Origin: Candidatus Hydrogenedentota bacterium
GTDB taxonomy: Bacteria; Hydrogenedentota; Hydrogenedentia; Hydrogenedentales; CAITNO01
Reading direction: 5' to 3'
NCBI GenBank assembly: GCA_903822375.1
Contig: CAIJOU010000953.1
Coordinates: forward strand, 1-41,785
DNA: 41,785 nucleotides
The notes below the pieces were generated by a model. The model had not been told where the DNA came from and ran no database searches. It saw only the letters and a list, made by a program, of their open reading frames with translations. Positions within the stretch are counted from its first letter, which is position 1. Each line of letters begins with the position of its first letter. Below, piece by piece: positions 33,588-40,626 of the stretch. Both the position numbers and the translations under genes were made by a program.

Positions 33588-33715
33588 TCCGCCGTCTCCC
33601 GTACCCTCCTCCTGTCCCAAAGAGCCCGTTCACTCCTCGTTTTTTTATGGAGAAACAACAGACAGCCGGACGGGCCCCGACGTTCGGACAGGCCCGTTCG
33701 ATGGAGGAGCGAACG

Positions 33716-34387
33716 ATGGAAGATGTGACAACAAACAAGAAGACCAGATGGTTTACAGCGCTGGTGCTGGCGATGATAGTGGGAATGGCGGCACAAACCG
33801 CCGCCATAGCGTACTTGGCCCTCAGGCACGGCGGCGGAACGCCCCCGTCGGTGACTGAGGCCGCCGCGACCAGTCCCGGCGGATGGCATTTGATGAACCC
33901 GCCAGCCCCCGCCAAGCCGGGCGGCACCGCGCAGGTGCAGGCGGACCCAATGACTCCGTTCAGCCCCGGACAGTGGGACCCCTTCCAGGAAATGCGCCAA
34001 ATGCAGGACCGCATGGACGCGATGTTCAACAACGCATTTGGGCGCATGGGGGCGAGTCCCCAGTTCAGTCCGCTGATGAACGGTTTCGCCGCGACGCCCA
34101 CCATGGACATGACCGAGAACGACAACGAGTACCAGATGCGTGTGGACCTTCCCGGGGCGGATGAGTCGAAGATAGACGTATCCCTCGAAGGGCAGCAGTT
34201 GACCATCCGCGCGGAGCGGAACGGCGAGGTCTCTTCCGGAAAGGCACCCGGCACCATGCTGCGCACGGAGCGTCACATGGGCCGGTATGAACGCACCATG
34301 ACCCTGCCCAAACCGGTGGTGGATGGCAGCATGAAGACCCATTACGACAAGGGCGTGCTGACCATCACGGTGCAGAAGAAGAAATAG
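33716..34387 (+). CDS. Small heat-shock protein (Hsp20/alpha-crystallin family) with an N-terminal transmembrane anchor
   Basis: ATG 33716 has GGAGGAG 6 nt upstream; in-frame ATGs at 33647 and 33701 are alternatives. N-terminus MEDVTTNKKTRWFTALVLAMIVGMAAQTAAIAYLAL is a basic stretch plus a TM helix. A Pro/Ala-rich linker follows, then WDPFQEMRQMQDRMDAMF and the alpha-crystallin domain (MDMTENDNEYQMRVDLPGADESKIDVSLEGQQLTIRAER...GRYERTMTLP...DKGVLTITVQK). Confidence 0.85.
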   Translation: MEDVTTNKKTRWFTALVLAMIVGMAAQTAAIAYLALRHGGGTPPSVTEAAATSPGGWHLMNPPAPAKPGGTAQVQADPMTPFSPGQWDPFQEMRQMQDRMDAMFNNAFGRMGASPQFSPLMNGFAATPTMDMTENDNEYQMRVDLPGADESKIDVSLEGQQLTIRAERNGEVSSGKAPGTMLRTERHMGRYERTMTLPKPVVDGSMKTHYDKGVLTITVQKKK

Positions 34388-34459
34388 CCCGGCGCCACGG
34401 CAAGGCGGGCGCTGAAACTGCGCCGCAAAGCGGGCACGGCGCCCCGGCGCCGCTGCTGA

Positions 34460-36049
34460 TTACCTTCGCTGCTGCGGTTGCGCGATGGCCAGCCGACGCT
34501 CGGTCCACCGCGCGAGCCGCACGAAGGGAAGGCCGATCAGCAGGTACATGGCGGCCACCAGGATGCCGGTGCCGAAGTAGTCGTAATAGGTCGTCGCAAG
34601 CATGCTGTAGGTCTTGGTCAGTTCGACCATCGTGATCACGGAGACCAGCGACGAATCCTTCAACAGAGAGATGAAATCGTTGGTCACCGGCGGCAGCACC
34701 ACGCGAAACGCCTGCGGTGCGATGACATGCCGGATCGCCTGACCCCGCGTCATGGCAAGGCCCAGTGCCGCCTCCATCTGCGAGTGGGGCACGGCTAGGA
34801 ATCCGGCGCGGTAGTTCTCCGCCTCGTAGGCCGCGTAGTTGAGACCCAGCCCCACAACGCCCGCCCAGAACGGCGAAAAGCGTATGCCAAGAGCGGGAAG
34901 GCCGTAGAAGATGAAGAACAGCTGAATCAGCACGGGTGTGCCGCGGACGACCTCAATGTAGACAGTGGCCAGGATGCCGAGCGGAAAAGGGGCGTACACG
35001 CGGAGGGTGGCAAGGAGGAAGCCAAGCGCCACGGCCAGCAGCATGGCCAGAATGGACACTTCCAGCGTCAGCAGGGCACCCTTGCCGAGGAGCGGCAGAA
35101 AGCCGATGTAGCGTTTCACCCGTTGTTCCAAACCCGACTTGGGCTGGATGTGCTTTACCCATTCGTCGTACATGACGGGTTCGGTGGCGGAGGCGCCGAA
35201 ATCCTGAAACTCGTTGGCTGTGGCTTGGTTCCAGAGATTCCAGCGCTCGAGGATTCTGCGCAGCTCGCCGTTTTGGCGCATCTTCATCAGGACCGCGTTG
35301 ACCTGGTCCAGAAGTTCCTTCTTTTCCTTCGAGAAGGCAAAGCCGTAGGCGATGCGGCTGATCTCCGGCTTGATGAACTTGACCTCGGGCCGCGGTCCGC
35401 CGTAGTACAGCGCGACCGGTGCGTCAAACAGCACGGCGTCGAGCCGTCCGTTGATCAGGTCGTCAAATCCGTTCACCTCGGTCGGATAGGCGCGGATGTC
35501 CGCAACGCCCAGTAAATTCAGCAGGTGAAAGGCACTCGATTCCTTGAGCGTGCCCACCACTTTGCCCCTGCAGTCCGCAACGGTGTTAATCAGAAACTCG
35601 TTTTTGCGCACGCACAACTGGAGGCCCGTGACGCAGTACGGCACGGAGAACAGCACGGCCTCTTCGTGCTCGGGCGTAATCTCCTGGCCCTCGGTGGCCA
35701 TGTCATAGAGATCCCTCGAAAGGCCGGGAATCAGCTTGTCCCAGTCGTTCTGAACCATTACGGGCTTTCGGCCGATTTCCTGGGCAATTGCCTCGATCAC
35801 CTCCACTTCAAAGCCGATCAAACGGCCCGGGCTGCGCCAGTCTTCGAACATGTACGGGAGCCCACCTTCAAGGTCTGTGCCGTAGCGCAGCGTCCCCGCT
35901 TCCGCGGGGGCCGGGTTTGCTTTCGTGGGCTCTTCATTGTGACGTTGGGCGTCCCGGCCCTGCGCCCTTGCGGGGACTGGTCCTGCGCAGCAAGCCAGGA
36001 CAAGCAGGGAAACCAACATCGCTGGTCGGTGGGCGAATGTGTTGGTCAT
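34460..36049 (-). CDS. Amino-acid ABC transporter, fused periplasmic substrate-binding domain + permease
   Basis: Signal/anchor MLVSLLVLACCAGPVPARA. SBP family 3-like region (LRYGTDLEGGLPYMF...GFEVEVIEAIAQEIGRKPVMVQNDWDKLIPGL). His/Glu/Gln/Arg/opine-type permease region (IEVVRGTPVLIQLFFIFYGLP...). ATGA overlap with the upstream ATPase gene. Confidence 0.9.
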   Translation of the reverse strand: MTNTFAHRPAMLVSLLVLACCAGPVPARAQGRDAQRHNEEPTKANPAPAEAGTLRYGTDLEGGLPYMFEDWRSPGRLIGFEVEVIEAIAQEIGRKPVMVQNDWDKLIPGLSRDLYDMATEGQEITPEHEEAVLFSVPYCVTGLQLCVRKNEFLINTVADCRGKVVGTLKESSAFHLLNLLGVADIRAYPTEVNGFDDLINGRLDAVLFDAPVALYYGGPRPEVKFIKPEISRIAYGFAFSKEKKELLDQVNAVLMKMRQNGELRRILERWNLWNQATANEFQDFGASATEPVMYDEWVKHIQPKSGLEQRVKRYIGFLPLLGKGALLTLEVSILAMLLAVALGFLLATLRVYAPFPLGILATVYIEVVRGTPVLIQLFFIFYGLPALGIRFSPFWAGVVGLGLNYAAYEAENYRAGFLAVPHSQMEAALGLAMTRGQAIRHVIAPQAFRVVLPPVTNDFISLLKDSSLVSVITMVELTKTYSMLATTYYDYFGTGILVAAMYLLIGLPFVRLARWTERRLAIAQPQQRR

Positions 36050-36843
36050 TGGATGTCGCGCCCCACGTATTGGCCCAAAAAGCGCCGTGTCCGCTCGTCC
36101 CTGGGTTTCATGAAGATTTCGTCTTCATCCGAAATCTCAACGATTTCGCCGTGTTCCATGTAGATGATGTAGTCCGAGGCGTTGCGCGCAAAGCGCATTT
36201 CGTGCGTCACGATGACCTGGGTCATCCCGTCCCGGTCAAGGCCGCGCATCACCTCCAGCACCTCGTCGACCAGTTCCGGATCAAGCGCCGAGGTGGGTTC
36301 GTCGTAAAGCATCACCCTGGGGTTCATGGCCAGTGCGCGCGCAATGGCGGCGCGCTGCTGCTGCCCGCCGGACAGGTGGTGGGGGTAACGGTCCCTGTGC
36401 TTGAGGAGGCCGACCTTTTCAAGCAGGTGCAGGGCGTTGTCTCTTGCGGCCTCGCGCGTCTCCCTCTTCACGATCATCGGCGCCAGCATGATGTTTTCCT
36501 GGATGGTCTTGTGCGGAAACAGGTTCAGTGACTGGAAGACCATGCCCACCTCGCTGCGCAACCTGTGGGCCCGTTCGTGGAAGGCGTGATTGGTGTGCTC
36601 GCGCCTGCTGGCGCGTTCCAGCGTCACCCCCGCCACGGCAATGCGTCCGGAGTCCAGCATCTCGAGACAGTTCAGACAGCGCAGCAGCGTGGACTTGCCG
36701 CAGCCCGAAGGCCCGATGATGGACACCAGGTCCCCCTCCGCGATGGTGAGGTTGATGTCCCTGAGGACGGGGGGGCCGTCATAGCTCTTGAACAGGTGCT
36801 CCACGGAAATCAGCGGAGCGGCCGGGGGGGCGGCTTCACGCAT
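36046..36843 (-). CDS. Amino-acid ABC transporter ATP-binding protein (GlnQ/HisP-like)
   Basis: ATG 36843 is preceded by AAGGAG. Walker A GPSGCGKST, signature LSGGQQQRAAIARAL, Walker B VMLYDEPTSALD, H-loop VTHEM. The 29 upstream codons in the track ORF are not needed. Confidence 0.93.
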   Translation of the reverse strand: MREAAPPAAPLISVEHLFKSYDGPPVLRDINLTIAEGDLVSIIGPSGCGKSTLLRCLNCLEMLDSGRIAVAGVTLERASRREHTNHAFHERAHRLRSEVGMVFQSLNLFPHKTIQENIMLAPMIVKRETREAARDNALHLLEKVGLLKHRDRYPHHLSGGQQQRAAIARALAMNPRVMLYDEPTSALDPELVDEVLEVMRGLDRDGMTQVIVTHEMRFARNASDYIIYMEHGEIVEISDEDEIFMKPRDERTRRFLGQYVGRDIQ

Positions 36844-37070
36844 GAGCCGGTCTCCTTTCGCGATGGGAAAATCCTTTCGGGGCCGCAACGAATCCTGCGA
36901 AAAGATACGCGGCCGCGCGACGGGTGTCAAGGATAATCACGCCTTCTCTCCGTTTCCGCCATGCTTCGTGTGGACCGGGCAAGCGCTTTTGGATGGTGGC
37001 CGCCGCAAGGCGGTCGGGAATGTTGCATGCGCGTATGCAATGCCGCCACAGGCAGGCGGCGGCTTGCCCG

Positions 37071-37118
37071 GTTTGTGACCGCCCGGCAGGATGACGTATC
37101 TTGTTTGTGACGACCCGG
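37071..37118 (+). promoter_or_regulatory. Two 16-nt direct repeats GTTTGTGAC(C/G)(G/A)CCCGG spaced 32 nt start to start, upstream of the GT39-like gene
   Basis: GTTTGTGACCGCCCGG at 37071-37086 and GTTTGTGACGACCCGG at 37103-37118, 14/16 identical. They sit 31-78 nt upstream of ATG 37149 in a divergent intergenic region. Any function is conjecture. Confidence 0.25.
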
Positions 37119-37148
37119 GAGAAAGTGACTGCGAACCCACGGAAAGGG

Positions 37149-39275
37149 ATGGTGATGTCCGTTGATAACGAACCAGACGCGTCCGGATGCAAAGAGGGCG
37201 GATGTCGACAGTATGCCATTTTCTGGGGCATATTGCTCCTGGCCGTTGCGCTTCGGCTTCCGGGGCTCGGGGCCGCGCCGTGGCTCGATGAGGTGTACTC
37301 ACTGAATTGGGCCGAAAAACCCTGGGTGGAGGTGCTGCGCGGCTCGGTCCAAGATACGGAACACCTCACCTGTTTCATGCCGCTGGTGACCAAACTGGCG
37401 GTGGAAACCTTTCGCTCCCCTGTGGTCGCCGATGAACTGGTGGCGCGGCTGCCCCATCTCCTTTTCGGGCTTGCGGGCATCGGGTTCTTGTTTGCCTTTA
37501 TGAGGCGAAGGTTCGGGTTGGCCGCGGCAGTGACGGGCGCGCTCTTTTTGGCAACGCTGCCCATGCACGTCAAGTACAGCCGCGAGGCGCGGTATTATGC
37601 CTTCGTCATTCTTTCCGGCATGCTGCTTGTCATCGTGGCCCGCCGCCTGCTGGACAAGTTCTCCGCAGCCAACCTTGCACTCTTCTTTGCCGTTGTTCTA
37701 TTGGGCACATTTAACCATCTTTCCTTCTTGCCGCCGCTGGCCATGGTATGCCTGGCTTTGGCCGGGATGCAGTTTTGTGACCGCGCCGTAACCCCTGTCC
37801 GGCGCGTGTTTCGCGTCGCCCTGTTGGCGTCGCTGTGCCTGGCGGGCGTTGCGGCGGCGGCCCTGCCATCGCTTGCGGTGGGCGGGACCGACATGGTGCG
37901 GCAGTCTCTTTCCTCCGTGCATGCGCCCGACCCGAAAGCGGCCGGCCAGGAGGACGCCTCTGACAAAGTGCGCAAACAGTATCAGTTGAATTCCGCCCGA
38001 TGGGCGAATTTCGTCACGGGCAGTTATCTGGGTGCGACGGGGTGGGCCGAAACTGCGGGCTACCTCATCCTTGCCGGGTTGGGCGTTGTGTTCCTTGCCT
38101 TTCGCGATCGCCGACTGCTGCTTCTTTGCGCGGCCCCTTTGGCTTGCCATGTGCCCCTGCTCTTCAGGACGGTCAAATATCCCGTGTATGACCGCTATTT
38201 TGTCATTCAGATTGTGAGTCTGGCGGTGTTGCTGGCCGCCGGCGGACAGGCCGTTGCGGGCACCCCGGGCACGCGGCGGAACGGGCTCAGGACGCTTGCC
38301 TTTGTGCTGGTGATCGCTTTGTTCGCGGTGTTCCGAATCGAACCGCTGGCGCAAACGATGAACACACAAATGGGCGGCGGTTCGGAATACATCCGGGATC
38401 GGGCGGACCTGATTGCACATCGGGCCGGCTATGGCGATATTCTGGCGGTGCAGAAAGAGCACTTTGGATTTCGTCCGTCCAACACACTGCAGTTCCTGTT
38501 CAACGATGAGAGAGGCGGCAGGCGCGACCTGACCGCGAGCCTGCGGTGGTTCAGCCCGTCGAACCTGGCGGGGTTGGCCGAGCAATTGCAATTCGCCAAA
38601 GAAAGCAGCTTCTGGATAGTCACCGAACCCGCGGCAAAGCTGAAGGAGGAGGAGCGCACGGCCCTGCTCAACATGGGGGCGCAGCCCCAGATTGTGACGC
38701 AGGGTGTGGGGCTGTGGGCCATTGGGAGGGATACGGTGAATCTGCTTGAGGACGGCGGGTTCGAGGCTGCGACGAAAAGCGCTCCAGCGTCGCAAAACGC
38801 GGCGCTGGAAGATCCGGAACTGGCGCGGTTGGGCAAACGGGCTTTGCGGGTGGATGCGGTGGCGGGCGCCCCGTTCCGGCCCGTCTGGATTCACGCGGTG
38901 CGCGACGCCGACGGCAGGAACGACGACATCCGCATGCGCGTCGGCGAGACCTACACACTGTCCTTTGAGGCGCGTTGCGAGGACCCGGGATATGAATTGA
39001 AACCGCGCGGTGCGCTGGGCCTGTCGGTGGGCAACACGGAGTTGGCCAACGTGCTGTGCACACTGCCGCTGACCGCCACATGGAGGCGCTATGAGTTTCC
39101 CGTCATTCCCGGTCAACACACGGTGGGCGAGATCGCCAGTCCCATGGTGGGTTTTGCTTTCCAGGCATCGGACGGGCGTTGCCGCATCTTTCTGGACAAT
39201 GTCCAGTTGGAACGGCAGAACCGCGCCACGCCGTTCACCGAGGGTGTGCGTCGGCTGGGAAAGACGACCGAGTAG
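37149..39275 (+). CDS. Membrane glycosyltransferase, GT39/ArnT-PMT-like (GT-C fold), with an extracytoplasmic region ending in a CBM-like beta-sandwich
   Basis: N-terminus ...YAIFWGILLLAVALRLPGLGAAPWLDEVYS is typical of GT-C/PMT_2-type enzymes, and the first 400 aa contain 10 or more hydrophobic helices. The C-terminal 200 aa (NLLEDGGFE...RALRVDA...YTLSFEARC...IFLDNVQLER) look like a CBM4_9-type module. The start may be ATG 37149 or 37155; the track start at 37101 is TTG. Confidence 0.75.
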   Translation: MVMSVDNEPDASGCKEGGCRQYAIFWGILLLAVALRLPGLGAAPWLDEVYSLNWAEKPWVEVLRGSVQDTEHLTCFMPLVTKLAVETFRSPVVADELVARLPHLLFGLAGIGFLFAFMRRRFGLAAAVTGALFLATLPMHVKYSREARYYAFVILSGMLLVIVARRLLDKFSAANLALFFAVVLLGTFNHLSFLPPLAMVCLALAGMQFCDRAVTPVRRVFRVALLASLCLAGVAAAALPSLAVGGTDMVRQSLSSVHAPDPKAAGQEDASDKVRKQYQLNSARWANFVTGSYLGATGWAETAGYLILAGLGVVFLAFRDRRLLLLCAAPLACHVPLLFRTVKYPVYDRYFVIQIVSLAVLLAAGGQAVAGTPGTRRNGLRTLAFVLVIALFAVFRIEPLAQTMNTQMGGGSEYIRDRADLIAHRAGYGDILAVQKEHFGFRPSNTLQFLFNDERGGRRDLTASLRWFSPSNLAGLAEQLQFAKESSFWIVTEPAAKLKEEERTALLNMGAQPQIVTQGVGLWAIGRDTVNLLEDGGFEAATKSAPASQNAALEDPELARLGKRALRVDAVAGAPFRPVWIHAVRDADGRNDDIRMRVGETYTLSFEARCEDPGYELKPRGALGLSVGNTELANVLCTLPLTATWRRYEFPVIPGQHTVGEIASPMVGFAFQASDGRCRIFLDNVQLERQNRATPFTEGVRRLGKTTE

Positions 39276-39347
39276 AGAAGGGGCGTTCAAGCGGCCTGAG
39301 CCGCATGAACGGCAGATCCCGCGCGCGCGAGAATCAAGGAGACGGAA

Positions 39348-40517
39348 ATGAGATTCTATGCACTTTGTGCCGCTGTACTGGCTGGGGCTCTTTTTCAGGC
39401 GTTCTGGGCGGGCGCGCAGGACCTGGTGAAGGAAAAAGATGTTGTCATCTACAAAGACGACCGCTTCTTCAGTTCCTTTCCCTCCGTGGTGTGCAGACCC
39501 GACGGCGAACTCATCGTGGCCTTCCGGCGCGCGCCGGAACGCCGCATCTTCGGCGAGCCGGGCAGCAACCACACCGACCCCAACAGCTACCTTGTGCTGG
39601 TCCGCTCCAAGGACAATGCCGCCACCTGGACCACCGAACCCGAACTCATGTTCGCCCATCCCTTCGGCGGCTCGCAGGACCCCTGCATGACCCAGCTGCG
39701 CGACGGGAGCATTGTGTGCAGCAGCTATGGCTGGGCGCTGCTGCGCGGTGATGCGGCCTCGAGATACCCCGAAACGCTGCGCCACGGCGACTTCGTGTTC
39801 ATGGGCGGTTACCTCGTCCGTTCCACCGACGGCGGCCAGATCTGGAAAGGCCCCATCATTCCGCCGCCCGTGCCCGTAAGCGTGACCACGGATGTCTTCA
39901 AAGAACCCTGCCCCGCCTACAACCGCGGCGCCATGTGGCAGGGCCGCGACGGCACGCTGTTCTGGGCGGTCGCATCGCAGTCGCAGGTGCAGCCGCGCAT
40001 TACCGGGGTCCATCTCATGGCCTCCAAGGACGGCGGACTCACTTGGGAATACCGCTGCCCCATCGCACAAGACGAAAAGATTACCTTCAACGAGACCTCG
40101 CTCTATGAGACCAAAGGGGGAGACCTCATCGCCTTCATGCGCACCGCCGATTTCAACGACCACACCGCCATCGCCCGATCCAAAGACGGCGGCAAGACCT
40201 TCGAGCCCTGGAAGGACGCCGGATTTCAGGGCCACCCGCATTGCGCCACCACACTCGCCGACGGCCGCGTGCTGCTGGTCTACGGCTACCGCCACGAACC
40301 CTTTGGCATCCGCGCCCGCATACTCGACGCCGAATGCACCAACACCGACACCGCCAAGGAAACAGTCCTCCGCGACGACGGCGGCAGCGGCGACATCGGC
40401 TACCCCTGGATAACCCCCATGGCCGACGGCCGCTACCTCGCGGTCTACTACTTCAACCAGGCCAACGGCACACGCTATATCGCGGGGACGGTGCTGTCCA
40501 TTGCCGCGAACAAGTAA
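39348..40517 (+). CDS. Secreted BNR-repeat / sialidase-like (six-bladed beta-propeller) glycoside hydrolase
   Basis: AAGGAG RBS; signal peptide MRFYALCAAVLAGALFQAFWAGA. Four BNR/Asp-box motifs: RSKDNAATW, RSTDGGQIW, ASKDGGLTW, RSKDGGKTF. Confidence 0.8.
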   Translation: MRFYALCAAVLAGALFQAFWAGAQDLVKEKDVVIYKDDRFFSSFPSVVCRPDGELIVAFRRAPERRIFGEPGSNHTDPNSYLVLVRSKDNAATWTTEPELMFAHPFGGSQDPCMTQLRDGSIVCSSYGWALLRGDAASRYPETLRHGDFVFMGGYLVRSTDGGQIWKGPIIPPPVPVSVTTDVFKEPCPAYNRGAMWQGRDGTLFWAVASQSQVQPRITGVHLMASKDGGLTWEYRCPIAQDEKITFNETSLYETKGGDLIAFMRTADFNDHTAIARSKDGGKTFEPWKDAGFQGHPHCATTLADGRVLLVYGYRHEPFGIRARILDAECTNTDTAKETVLRDDGGSGDIGYPWITPMADGRYLAVYYFNQANGTRYIAGTVLSIAANK

Positions 40518-40626
40518 GCGTAGGCCGAGTAAGACTTCAGGTGGCGCAATCTATATGATTGATGTTCTTTCGGCGGTTGTGCTAGGTTGACTACCTGCAT
40601 AAGGCACCGACACAGGGAGAGACGTC

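Noticed and set aside
33584-33715. N-terminal extension of the Hsp20 ORF (track start GTG 33584; in-frame ATGs at 33647 and 33701)
   Set aside because: The extension (IRRLPYPPPVPKSPFTPRFF...) begins inside the stop region of the preceding gene and has no SD. ATG 33716 has a textbook GGAGGAG at -6. The alternatives remain possible, but they do not change the anchored-sHSP interpretation.
37698-40295. 865-aa minus-strand ORF spanning the glycosyltransferase and sialidase-like genes
   Set aside because: It overlaps two plus-strand genes that have clear family motifs, signal peptides and RBSs, and it even crosses their intergenic gap. Its composition (Arg/Gly/Ala/His/Pro-rich) is typical of antisense frames in GC-rich DNA.
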